From Podarcis melisellensis (Eukaryota): a DNA stretch of 64,000 nucleotides. Position numbers and translations under genes: made by a program. The stretch lies in NCBI GenBank assembly GCA_964234715.1, contig OZ174277.1, one strand, 5' to 3'. Under the pieces are notes generated by a model, which saw only the letters and a list, made by a program, of their open reading frames with translations, made no database searches and was not told the origin of the DNA. Below are positions 51,591 through 64,000 of this stretch, piece by piece (position 1 is the first letter of the stretch; each line of letters opens with the position of its first letter).

Positions 51591-53710
51591 TACAACAGTC
51601 AGCTATTAGGCAAGGGTAAAAAAATAAGAGTAGAAGGCAGCATCAGGATCAAACTAGTTGTTTGACTGGTGTGGTACTCTAAAAAATAAACGTTTCCAAC
51701 TATCATCTTCTACTATTACGGAGAGAAGCAATACATGATAGTATGTTCATCTGCATGAGAACTGTAACTGAAGGCACAGATAATCCTCCATCTATACCCT
51801 ATACAAACACAGACTGTATGTTTGACTGAATAATTTAGGGAGAAAAATAGTTTTAAGCCATTCTAAAAATCCACTACGTAAAAATTTCAAAACTGGAAAC
51901 CTAGAGACCTAAAAAGTCACTCTAAAAGAACCGATATATTTTTAAAAAGTCATGTTTTTTCACAGCAAAGGTATTAAAGAGGAAAATCTGTCGTAACTTT
52001 ACTGCACACTTCATAAAATGCCTCCTGCCGCTTGGAAATAATCTTCACCAATCTGGTATGCACCCGTGTCAAAACTGTTATTATGTAAGGCCCCCGCCCA
52101 CATTTGCACAGAAATATCTTTAAGATCCCTTTTTAATCCTAGTATCAGAATATCGAGAGGATTTTCTAACATTTAAGATTTATATCATAATCCTACTAAA
52201 AAAAAGCATTCTGAAGTACTAAATTCCATTTAATCCAGTAAATGTGGAAAATTAGATCTCTTTCTTGTATACAAATTATGTATACTGCCTAAAAATGTCA
52301 CTAAAATGTCATAAGTATGAGTTTACATTGGCAAGATGTCTATGTATGCTTTATACATATAATTTTGAAACAGCATTGTGTCATAAGCCGCTACTTATGA
52401 ACATCCAATAGCGATGCTTGCATAATAGTCCAGATGCTGGAGATGATTTCATTGCCACTAACTACCGTTTTTCTGGGGGATCAGTCTCTAGGACATATGA
52501 CAAGACACTTCAGTTGTTGTTCTTAGAAGAGCACAAAATTATACATGAATGAAACGTGAAGGATGGACATAAACCTTTTTTAATGTTAATTCACAATAAG
52601 GACCTTATCTTTTCAGTAATAATAGGTTTCTAAGCCCTATCATGTCCTTCAGTAGAGGAAGAGGGCTTTATAGTATAAAAGTAATGAAGAGGATAATTGT
52701 TTTACCCATTCACCACTGGAATCTTTTTTTTTTTTTTGCTTCAATTAGCCCACAGCAGTGGCCCCTGTGTGGCTCCCAAAGCAGTCTACACATTTCCCCA
52801 GGTGTGTGTTTGTGTGGCCACTTTTGCAAAGGAATATATAACACTTCATCCAAATAGTTATTGATAAGGGCATCTTGACACAGATATTTACACCTAAACA
52901 TGGTTCTCACCAGAACTTCCAAATTCTATTCCTATTATTAATAAACGTATTTACTTAACATGCATATTTCAACATAAATCTCTAAGCAGTTTATGTATGT
53001 CAACGAAAATAAAAACTAAAAATGCAGTAATTTCATATTCAAAACTGTTGCTAATGGTAATAAAAGTAAATTCCACATTTTAAGCAACAATTGATTTCAG
53101 AACCATGTAACTAAGCACATAAATAAAATATATACCATATAATTGAAGCCTATACAAAACACCAAAATACATCAAAACACAACATCAAAATAAAACCTAA
53201 CTGCAGCATATATCAAGAAAATCTCATAACTATTACAAAAAAAAACCCTAACACATGATAAAAAACAAGAATTCAGGAGCCATGCTGTCATCCTCAATCG
53301 GGAAGCATTCACACTCTCCTTGTACCACACCATCCACTTAGTTCTCCCTTCAATAAAACAAGCAACAACCAATAGGCATGCACAAAAAGATAGCTCTGTT
53401 GAATAAGAGCACTTCAACATTAGAAAGTCCAATGAATAAGAAGAAAAAGAAGAATAAAAACAAAAAAGCCATCTCTCACCCAGAGCAACACAAGAACACT
53501 TTCTGTACCTCTCTCACCTAAGGAGATCAAAGTCTTTCCCAACAAAATATTACAGTTTGAAGTCGGACATTGCCACCAATACACCTGACACCTCACATTG
53601 TTTTACAAACTATTAGCATCCAAAACAGAGATGCTAAGTGAAATAAGTTAATGTTAAGAAACAATTCAACTCTTAAACATTTTTTTTTTCATTTCCAAGT
53701 TTTAACATAC

Positions 53711-53774
53711 CTTGCCTTCATCCATTGGATTGTCACTAATATGGACAACAGGTCCTGGATGAGACTTGGATGAC
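53711..53774 (-). CDS. STXBP5: STXBP5 exon 6 (64 nt): SSKSHPGPVVHISDNPMDEGK
   Basis: TTTTCAG acceptor, GTATGT donor, phase 2-0. Confidence 0.96.
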
Positions 53775-55226
53775 CTGAAAATATAATCAATATGTATTTT
53801 TTACAAATTAAGAACAGGAATGGGGGCACACAAAAATACACAAATATCAACACAAAGAAACAGGCACCAATGTCAGTTAAAAAGCCCATGCTATGTAGAA
53901 GCACATAATATTACAGACTAGGTATGTCCAGTTAGAAAGGACTGAGGTACTTAGAAAATAATGGTTTTACAAATTGAACAGTTATTGTGGTAGGTACAAC
54001 TCAAACTATTATTATTAATAATAGCTCCCCCTGATGGGACTCATTAGGTGCTGTCCAATATATTGATTCTCAGTGTGTAAACTCGGTGTCAGAGAATTAG
54101 AAGTCTTTAAAAGAGAAACCTTTTTTAAAAAAAAGTACAAAATTGTCTGAGTATTCCCAAAACTAAAAAATGTAACAAAGTACATTTCTAATCACATTTA
54201 TGAACAACTAAACTCTTTAAAATCACAATGGCTGACAGAATTTAAGACTAATCAATACTTGTTAGTGGAAAACTGCTTCATAATTTGGCAATGCCAGACT
54301 AATAAACTTCCATGAAGTATTACAGAAAATGCCTATTAAATGAAATTACGTATTCATGCAAGTCTAGAGTTCCATGGCACTTGTACTGATGGAAAATATC
54401 TGTGAAAGATTAGTTATCAACATAACTAGTAAAACTTCAGGGTACATAAAAATACTTGAAAACAAACTCACTGTAACAATTTCACGAGAATAGTTACTCA
54501 GTGTTTAAAACGAAGCAGCTATAAACAGTAATAGAAATGGAGTGACAACAGAGAAGCTAGAAACTAAGAGCACTCTCAGCATTCTCAGGAAATAGATCAA
54601 TTCACAAAGAACTCTGATATGATGATATTTTGATGTACAGTGCCAGTTTAGTGACTTCCAGAGACCTATTTTAAAACAGTGACTGAGTGAATTTTTTCTC
54701 TGAGTTTAGAATTGTAGTGTTTCTTAAAATTAAATAGTAATATGATGGTAAACACCAAACAGGATGAGTTGTGCAATTGAAATAGTAGTCAAATCTAAAA
54801 TCTAACTTGTAATTAGCTTTCTTTCAGGTACCATCTCTAGGAAGTACATAAAGAAATTTCCAGGGAAGATTCCATTTTGTTTGAAACTAATATTTGAACT
54901 ACGTAAGGCCAAGTTCATATATAATGATACGCCAAAACATGGCTGTGTGACAACACATGAGCATGTAGATACTCACAGTAAAAACAGTGGCTTTTTCTTT
55001 TCAGTTTTCCTGCTGCCAAACTACAAGAACCAAAAACCCAGGTTCACACAAAATGCTAAGCCAGACTAGGGAAGGAGTATTCAGCCACAATTTTTTCCCT
55101 GAAGGTGCCCATGTGCTCTGATTTCCCTAAGGTTTGGCATAGTGTTACGTGCCAATCAAGTCTCTGTCCACTTTACCGAATGCCCCCTCCCTCAACAAAC
55201 TCCACTTCAAATACTTTTTGCTATTG

Positions 55227-55400
55227 CAATGGTTCCCAATTAGCTAAGTATTGTTTTTGAAAAATCAAGCCATGGAACCCCTACTTTAGAAAATTTTGGT
55301 ATCTCCATGGTAGTTTTTGTTATGTGAATGCTTCCATGGACTCCCTGGGTGGGTTACGTGGACCTCCTGGGGTCTGTGGACCACCAACTGGGAACCACTG
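55227..55400. mobile_element. hAT (Charlie-type) MITE
   Basis: TIRs caatggttccca / tgggaaccactg; 8-bp TSD tgctattg/gcctattg with central TA. Confidence 0.75.
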
Positions 55401-57639
55401 GCCTATTGGAAATCTTTTAAGATATTCATCCAGCATAAAGTTAGCCTGAAATACTTTGTCGTTTTTACTAAAAGTAAATCAAAACACATGTGCAAGGTTA
55501 TGAACTCCTCAGCTACAGATCTGTAAAATTGTTCTATGTAAAGTGCCATAGATTAAACTAAAGAAATCAACATTGATTTAGGGTAGAATAACAATTTTCA
55601 AAAGATCTGCATCACTGTATTTAAATAAGCCACAATTCTAGGCTTGACAGGACTCCCAAACCTTCCTTTAAAAAGCCCTTAACCAGAGAGGCTTCAAAGA
55701 TCCATATGGCTGCAACAAGTCACACATTAGGTGCTGATCTAGCACTTACTAGATCTAGATCTACCTACTCAAGTTAGTTGGTAAAGATGTGAGAGCACAC
55801 ATGACTGAATTCTCTTCCATACAAAACTTCTCTCAGACATGTGAGAAGAGCTGTAGCTTGGCATTTTGCCAAACATCTAGCTCAGTTGTCTATGTAAAGG
55901 AACTGCCTTGCACGCTGAAACATTCAGCTCCATAAATGCAGCAGTACAAACCAGACATAGCTCTGCTACTTGAGTGAGATCTTGACTGTATTTTCCAAAC
56001 TAAAATTAAACCAATAACCAGATGACCCTCCCAATTAGAAATGCTAAATATGTGCTCTATTAAATTGCCACCAGGAAACCAGTCTCACAGTACAATTATT
56101 GCCATATCTACTCAGAAGAAAGCCTCACTGAGCTCAATGTAACTCATTTCCAGGTAAGAATCAATATTTTCTGGGGGGTTCTCTTCAGGAAACATGCAAA
56201 GCAACTTCGCCTATGAGGGTCTGGCAGCTGATGTGCTAAGCTTTCACAACGACTCAGGCTGATACCAACTATGAAAATCTTCCCCTTCCCCCCAGACAAA
56301 TGCATGCATGAATGAAACAGACTAAAGCAATTAAGTCACACTTTTATCTTCTACCCAGTCAGGGCATAGATAATTATTGATTATAATCAATATCTACTGG
56401 AATAATCAAACTTGAACAATAAAGGGCAACTTAGCCTAAAACTTGGGGGGGGGGGGAATGAACAATTGGCTATGCAGTATTGTTGCATTAATCAGATCAC
56501 TAATCAAACTCTCTCCCCTTCAGGCCCTCCCCCCAATCAGCTCCAGAGGGTTGAAGGCGACACCAGAGCAGACTTTGGGAGTGGAACCTCAGTGGTTCAG
56601 CACTGGATACCACAAAATAAAAACCTCCACAATAAGACTGCTGGCTCCTAATACATAAGCTAACATCTAGGACTTTCCCCCCTTTAGCTCCATTTTTCCC
56701 TTGTTCCCTTAACCACCTGTAGCAAAATCAGACAAATTTACTTATTACACCAAGAAAGGAATCCAAGGATCCAAGAAACTGAACAAAAGACACTGGCTTC
56801 AGGTGATAATGCATGTCAATATGAAATTATGGACTAGGCTTCCTAAGTGGAGGACTTCCCTTGGAGAATGGAGGAGTAGGAACAGTCATCAAAACCTTGT
56901 GAACAAAATTATTGGGAAGAAAATGCTACTAATGAAAGGGTGTTAAATTACACATGAATAGGCTACTTGTAAAGTCCTTCAGTGTTTTCACACTGCTGTA
57001 AAATCTATTTTAAGGGTGGCACGGTGTGTGGGTTGTCTTTAAAAACTGGCAAGATAATGGCCCCGGTCCAGTGAGTGAGACAAGACATATTGTTGACAGA
57101 GTTCACCGTTCTGAGTCCCAACATATCAACTTGGCTCAAAAGTCTCCATTTTGTCTGGAAAGGTCTAACAAATTAGAAGCGTATTTTTCGGTTCCCACAT
57201 TATACCAAATGGAAAAGAATACCCCAGCCCTCTACATGCTGGCCTGGGAACTCACGGGTGTAGCAAAAGCAAATGGAAACTTTTATCTTCCTCCACTTCC
57301 TAATTCAATCAAGACAGCACTATCACTTATCAACTGGCTACTAACAGGATATTCAAAAATCTTCTTTGTTCACTGATAAATCATCTTTCCATGACTACCT
57401 TAGTCTTTCATATTGTTCATTTCTAATATAGCTTAGTTTGGTTTCAAGAGAGCGGCCTTACTAGGATAAACTCAGTCTAGCTGAACCCTGGAGCTCCTGG
57501 TTTTGGGTGCCTGCCTCTGACACTAAATTCTTCTTGGGCTTACTACTGTCCCTTCTCATTCCCCTCCTTGTCTGGTCTGGTCTGCAAAAGTTAACCTATA
57601 AATTGCCTTTGGTTTTACTCTCCCTCAGTAAACCTTTTT

Positions 57640-57953
57640 ATACCCTCCAACATTTCTCCTATAAAAATAGGGACGTCCCACTCCATAATGATAATACCCT
57701 ATTATACCCTAGCCACTCTGGGCGGCTTCCAACATATATAAAAACATAATAAAACATTAAACATTTTAAAAAGCCTTCCTTATACAGGATTGCATTCAGA
57801 TGGCTTGGGAGTCGGATAACTCCACACTCTCCAACATTTCTCCAGTGAAAATAGGGACATCCTAAGGAAAAGCAGAACATTCGAAATCAGAAACCAGGAC
57901 GGCTTCTCTAAATCTGGGATGTCCCTGGAAAATAGGGGCACTTGGAAGGTCTG
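57640..57953. mobile_element. Non-autonomous DNA-transposon-like repeat
   Basis: Internal repeats ctccaacatttctcc...aaaatagggac (two copies); ends accctccaa / ttggaaggtctg. Confidence 0.6.
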
Positions 57954-58411
57954 CCTTTTCTGTTGAAGCTCTGATACAATCTCTGTTGTTCCCTTCCCAA
58001 GTACCTTTTAAAGGCACCCCACTACCAACAGAAGGGGTGTCAAAAATTAAACAGCAGTCTAATACTTCTCTGGATGATTTAAAGCAAAATGGAAATAATT
58101 TTTGCTTCCTGATTGTTAAACAATAGGAAAAAGTTGAACTGCTAAAAATGCTGAAAAATAGGGAAGGCAGCCAGAAGGCTCAGAATTCTTTAATTCTAAC
58201 TGAATAGCTTGTATATATTGGACTACAGTTAGTTTTTTGTTTTTGTTTTTATAAGAACCTTGAGATCCATTAAGAAAGCCTGAAGTGTCATTTCTGAACT
58301 AGAATAAAAAGATGTGCTCTTGTGTATTTTGAAAACATGCCAATTTCTGGGCCAACACGAATGTACTGACAGCAGCCTATCCTCTTGCAGATGAGAGCCT
58401 GGGACACAGGT

Positions 58412-58671
58412 CACAATGCAGAGAGTCTCCCTCACCCAGTCCTACAGTCATATTTTCTCTTCACAACTGGTGTTCCCAAATACCATTTTTTTCTGAACAG
58501 TAAGTTGAATTAAAAAATTGAATTAAAAAATGCACCTTATCTAATCCCTAAAATTGACGATAAATATCAAGGAAGGCACAGTGCAGAGAGTCTCCCTCAC
58601 CCAGTCCTACAGTCATATTTTCTCTTCACAACTGGTGTTCCCAAATACCATTTTTTCCCGAACAGTAAGTT
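58412..58671. repeat. 95-bp direct duplication flanking a 70-bp insertion copied mostly from 60681-60749
   Basis: 58412-58506 versus 58577-58671 differ at 3 positions; 58512-58580 is identical to 60681-60749. Confidence 0.95.
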
Positions 58672-59420
58672 TCAAAGGCATACAGAAACATGTTTCAAGC
58701 AAGTCTGATAAAAATACACTTACTAAGTTAGGCAGCAACATGAATCAGTCTCAACTCACTTGCTCTTCAATAACGTTTTGTTTTAAAAATTATATGAGAA
58801 GTGAGTTTAGTTAAATAAACAAAATGAAGTCTAGAAGTACATTTGTTTTATTTCTTTTTAGTTACTATTTACTTTAACTATATTTTGAATATTTTTAAAT
58901 ACTTGTTTTAGTGTTTTTATCAATAATTTTAACCTTTTATTTTATATTTTTGTACAGCACTCAACAGTTGTTTACAATCAAGTGGTATATGAAGTTTATT
59001 AAAAATAAGTAAGGAAACATGAAACAAATGTGAGCCAGACTCAGGAGATATTTATTATCATATATGAAGCTAAAGTGGAAGAGAAGATTGAGAAACTATG
59101 CTTAATCCAAAAATGCAACCTGTTCTATACTCCCCCCCTTAAACTATATTGAATTTTACTGTTGCACACAAACACATGCAGTCACAGGAGGGGGGAAAAA
59201 CAGGAGAAAGAAAAACTAATAATACTGTACAGAGTTGCAGTATGAAATAAGAACAGCAAACCAGTATACCAAATTACAATCATACTTCACTAAATATCAA
59301 AAAAATGAGAAGAATGGAGCTGGAGGAGTATGGGTCGATCCTTTCCTGTTAATATATTGAAGGGAAACCAATCTGCATAATTTCTGAGACATTCAACAAA
59401 TATATACTGAATATATATAT

Positions 59421-59672
59421 ATGCAGGTTTTGGTGTCCTCGGGTGTCTTCCCGTGTAAAAGTTGGGGTGTCTAGGCGACGTTTCGACGAGGTCTCACTCG
59501 TCATCTTCAGGCTGGTGCTTTCGGCTTCTTACAAGAAGCCGAAAGCACCAGCCTGAAGATGACGAGTGAGACCTCGTCGAAACGTCGCCTAGACACCCCA
59601 ACTTTTACACGGGAAGACACCCGAGGACACCAAAACCTGCATTCCTGTACCCGTGAAAATCTACGAAAGCAA
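59421..59672. mobile_element. Penelope-like element end with inverted pseudo-LTR (perfect 110-bp-arm palindrome)
   Basis: 59421-59530 is the exact reverse complement of 59533-59642; contains ctgaagatg...cgaaacgtc; ends ccgtgaaaatctacgaaagc; inserted in (TA)n. Confidence 0.8.

Positions 59673-59724
<52 letters not shown>
59673..59724. repeat. (AT)n(AG)n compound microsatellite
   Basis: Direct reading. Confidence 0.95.
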
Positions 59725-59729
<5 letters not shown>

Positions 59730-60528
59730 TTCAAACACTATCAGTGCTTTTTAAAAAAAAACTTCAAGGGATTCCATTATGTACTGAATATATTTTTGTC
59801 TAAATGACATACCAAATGTTTAAAATATTACTTTGCTGGCATGCTGAAACTAGGATTCTGGCCAGGGTTCAACTAACAAGTCCTGCTAGCAGAAGCTTGC
59901 ACAAGGACTTCCACCAGTTCAATGGGTCTTCCTCCTCTCCTTTTCCCGCACTACCCCAAACTGGCTTGGGGGGCATGAGACCTCCCTCCACTCTGAACAG
60001 CAGGTGGAGGGAGGACAGAGTGGCTCTTTCCATCTGGCAAGCTAAAAAGGTGATGGAACGATTGCCATAGTGTTACGTCGAATTCCTCTCATAGACTAAG
60101 GCTGTAATCCTACAGCTGGCTACACTACGGATCAAATGCATGATCCAATGAATGCAGAGAGACATACTATTTCTGAATAAATCCATAGGATAGCAATGTG
60201 CCACACATTCTAACAGTAGGAGCGTTATTTTCCAAGGAAATTTCTACCACTTTAGCCAACATAGGGAGATAGCCAGTTAAGTCACTGAGTAGATCCATGG
60301 ACACCAATGCTTTTCATTATTTAAATTCATTTTATTTTAATTTGTCCACACTGAGTATGACTAATGCTGGGTATCATACATATACACATAACAGGTCAGA
60401 AACCAGGGTTTCACAACCAAAAAAAGAAACACATCTACATTTTGTGTGTTGTGTCAACTGAGAATATAGTTGCCAAAAAGAATGATACCCAAATAAATTA
60501 CATTTATTTTCAAGTAGACCATACTCAC

Positions 60529-60663
60529 AGTTCAATGGCTTTATTCCACATGATGACATAGCCTGAGAGAGAGAAGGACTCCACATTAACAATGTGTATA
60601 TTTCCTCTTTCAGTGCCCACATACAGCCATTTACTCTGGAACGGCATATGGCAAAATGTTATC
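60529..60663 (-). CDS. STXBP5: STXBP5 exon 5 (135 nt): ITFCHMPFQSKWLYVGTERGNIHIVNVESFSLSGYVIMWNKAIEL
   Basis: CTTTCAG acceptor, GTGAGT donor, phase 2-2, WD40 sequence. Confidence 0.96.
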
Positions 60664-61125
60664 CTGAAAGAGAAAAAATAAAAAAATTGAATTAAAAAAT
60701 GCACCTTATCTAATCCCTAAAATTGACGATAAATATCAAGGAAGGCACACTATTGCACTTCATGTCTAGAGTTTATGCTCACAAAAGCTTGTTTAATTCA
60801 CACCCAGGTAAATCAATTTTCCCCTAACTTAGGTCTCTGCTTTTCAACAACAGATCATTAGTTCTCAACTGTATCTCCAAAACAGTTTTATGAATGTGTC
60901 GTTCTGTTAACACATACAATGGGAACGCTAGCTGCTCATCTGCAACACATATAGAATGCTAGGTCTCTATTCCTTTAAAATGGGATGAAATGGAGAGCTG
61001 TTCCTATCCAAACATGAGAAATAACAAATGAAACAACTTAGAAAATCCATGATGAATGATTCTGCAAGAGTATACAAGACATTTCTGCTCTCACAAAAAA
61101 ATCAGAGCTAAAGACAACCACTTAG

Positions 61126-61127
<2 letters not shown>

Positions 61128-61183
<56 letters not shown>
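61128..61183. repeat. (GA)n microsatellite, about 28 units
   Basis: Direct reading. Confidence 0.95.
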
Positions 61184-61185
<2 letters not shown>

Positions 61186-63339
61186 CTTTATTTTACTTTG
61201 ATAATGGAGAATATTTGTAGAATGGACTTATTCCATAAAAAGAAATCTGAAGTGCGCACTATTCTGAATTTGTTTCAAAGATCTGCTGTGCAACAGTAAT
61301 TTCATCCATAGCCACTCTCGGTTTAGGTCAGAGGATATCTGTAAGGCACACAGATCCACATTTCACACAACTTTCTAATTTATTGTCAAGTACTGAGAGC
61401 AAACTACTATCCAAGATCTTCACTTTCTCCTTCCTTAAAAGCTGCAGTTTTGCCAAATAGCATTCTCTAGAGAATATAATTTATAATTGCAATAAAGGGC
61501 ATCACAGACTTTGTAGCTGGATACATAAAAAATGACATTTTTTGGCTATAGGGATGTGAGAATCTATGGCAGAACCACCATCAAATCCAGACCCTTACTA
61601 GGGAAAGCTCTAGGGCTGGAGGTCCTCTAGGGGGGAGAGGGGAGGGCTTTGGATACAGAGAATGATATTATCTCTCTCAACCCCCCACCAACACACACCC
61701 TTTCGCTCCCTACCAGTATAGCATGGATGGTGTGATAGCCATGAAGGTTCCCATGGCCACATTGAAGAGACCTGCATTGGCAGACCTTCTCCACCTGCAG
61801 AAAAGGAGGAAGACAATATCCAGGGCCACAGGAGAATATCCTAAAATGCTTAATAGTGAGTAGAACTCACATAGTGTTTACTATTGTTTATTTATCGTCT
61901 TCAGAAGAAAAGCTTGATCTTGTCTTGGTATTTTGGGTCATGGCACAGACTAACAAAATAGAATACACCTAAAGTGGAAGTGCTACAGCACAGCCATAAT
62001 CCAAGTAAACATTGCTAAACACCTATTGAATCTAAGCACAATTTGCATAATTACTTACATAAATGTCTTAATAGTTAAGGAAGGTCACTTGAGAGGCAAT
62101 TTGCAGATACTTGCAAAGGATTTCCTTTGCTAGTTGTAGGCCATATGTCTCCTCTGATAAAACTGTCAAAGCTACTTAAGCAAAACCTTTATCATGATTT
62201 GTAAAACTTAGCGCAGTGTGTAACAATTAAACAAACTTGCACTGTTCCCAAAAAGAAGTTCATTGTAAAAATCTCAAATACTGATGCTTCAAGTGAAAAG
62301 ACAATTCACTCTTTTTCTAATTCATTATTTTAATCCAAGGTTTTTAATTTGCCAAAAGAGTTGTACTAATTTATATCTGTGTCAAGCTATTTATTTCAGC
62401 CATGCTGTTTTTGTTTTTATTTGCTATTTAACTGGTTATTTAATGATGTATGCCACCTTGGGCAATTTTCTATTTGACAGGTGGCCTGGAAATATGGTAA
62501 ATAAAAAGGTAAGGAGGAAGATTATTAAGGAGATCCACACATATGGCAGGTCTTTTCCCAAACAGCTGCCACATGATGGACTTGGCAACACAGTCTGGCC
62601 ATAAAGGTCGAGGCAACCCAAGGCCTGCTGAAATTAAATGGCTAAAATCTGTTAATTTTGACACAGACTCTTCCTGAAGCATATTAATCAAGAAATAAAC
62701 AGGAAAGAAAACCTGAGAAAACAGATATCTCTTTCCCTTTTCCCAGACAAATTATACAGCTGGGATGTCAAAAACCTGCTATACAAGAATCCCAAGTAAT
62801 CTTGTGGAAGCAATTCCATGGAGATTGCAATGTCTGCTTCAGCACATCCACATTTACTACTGCTCCTTCCCATTGGTGATTCATGCAACTGCAATGGCTC
62901 AGAAATGTGTAGTTGTGTCCATAGCTGTACAAGGCTAGACATTACTTTTTCCACGCAGCTGCTTTGCATAGAGCAATTTTGCCAGCTTCTAGGTAGCAAC
63001 AGTGTAAAAGGTATTGACAAACAAATCTGCTTTAGTTCTATAACCAAAATGCAGGCATTCACCTTGTTGTGTCACTTAAAGGTGTGCACAGTCCAAATGT
63101 TCTACAACCACCATTTATGTGCTCCCCACAATAAATGCTGCTGGGGTGACTATGCAAGAGCCTGATGAAATTAGGAGATTAACCACCCTATGGTTTCTTA
63201 ATATGTATTTTGTTCCAGTACATTCAATGCCATCTGGAAGACTAGCCACCCAGAGATTCAAGACAACAGAAAAAAACAGAAACACATTATGCTTTTTGTC
63301 TAGGTATGTCAATAGACAATGTACTTTAGAAATTAAGTA

Positions 63340-63500
63340 AGACTTCTTTTGGAAGAAATGACACAGCATCACATCTTCAGGAAGCTCAGGAATTTCTTGA
63401 AAGGCGACTATGGAACAAGGGTGCAAGGCTATGCCTTGTGTTTGGGCATTGCTGCATCCATTTTGTGGAATTTTCTCCCTCTGGACATCTGGCATGTATC
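63340..63500 (+). mobile_element. Degenerate L2-like 3' fragment
   Basis: gccttgtgtttgggcattgctgcatccattttgtggaattttctccct resembles the L2 3' RAFSV.AP.LWNSLP region. Confidence 0.45.
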
Positions 63501-64000
63501 TATGATGCTATGCCTTAGACCAGAAGTTCCCAAACTGTGGTCTGCAGAACATTTATTTAGATGGTCTGGTATATCCATACAAAGTATTCATATTGATTTT
63601 TTATTTTATTTCTTCTATTATTTGTTATGTTGTTATCTTATTGTAATACAAATTGAACTGCATTGTCAAAGGTATGAAAAGGTAACAGAGCTCCAAAAGA
63701 TTCAACAAGGTCTACTCCCAATAGTTCCCTGTTCAGGTTACCCACTACAGTAAGCATGGATTTCCTTCTCAGGCCTAAAACTGGACTTAAATGGACAATT
63801 TGTATCCACCCAGCATTGAAATGGCACCATCTCTTAAGCTCCTTATCTAGAAATTCAACAGAGACACAGCCTCATGGAAACAAATAGTGAAAACTATGGT
63901 TTAGTGAGATGTCTGAATGGACACACCAGAAAACTACCCAGGCTCCAAGAGTTACATTTAAGAGGGAAAAGGCTAGTTTGGAACATGAAGCATTATTTTA

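Larger units (their letters stand above)
1..64000 (-). other. STXBP5: STXBP5 (syntaxin-binding protein 5 / tomosyn-1) gene body, partial: intron 4 to exon 23
   Basis: 19 exons join in frame into a protein closely matching tomosyn-1 as recalled (e.g. SKWLYVGTERGNIHIVNVESF, EPFIILSGGLSYDTVGRRPCLTVMHGKS, SRSRSSSVTSIDKESREAISALHFCETF). The hypervariable exons match STXBP5 rather than STXBP5L. Confidence 0.97.

Noticed and set aside
60664-64000. Search for STXBP5 exon 4 (GALVSALADDTLHLWNLRQK...)
   Set aside because: Not found; it presumably lies beyond the window, and the ORFs here look spurious or L2-derived

Overview
Vertebrate, AT-rich genomic DNA, almost certainly from a squamate and probably a lacertid lizard (Sauria SINE, BovB/RTE, L2, Penelope-like and hAT/mariner MITE repeats). 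The whole window lies inside one minus-strand gene, STXBP5 (tomosyn-1). I traced 19 canonical coding exons (human numbering 5 to 23, the last cut by the window edge). All have GT-AG boundaries and compatible phases, and they translate to the WD40 propellers and the hypervariable region. Human sequences and exon numbers are recalled from memory, not searched. Main observations beyond the canonical gene: (1) an 84-nt in-frame cassette exon (14400-14483) resembling the xb-type exon of the paralog STXBP5L, followed by a NAGNAG acceptor on the next exon; (2) a second exon-like segment (9069-9279) broken by a 1-nt frameshift; (3) two Penelope-like retroelement ends carrying minimal hammerhead-ribozyme-like cores, one inside a perfect 110-bp-arm palindrome; (4) a template-switch duplication that copies DNA from just upstream of the exon-5 acceptor and creates an in-frame 57-nt pseudo-exon. 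Most ORFs in the supplied track are spurious or repeat-derived.
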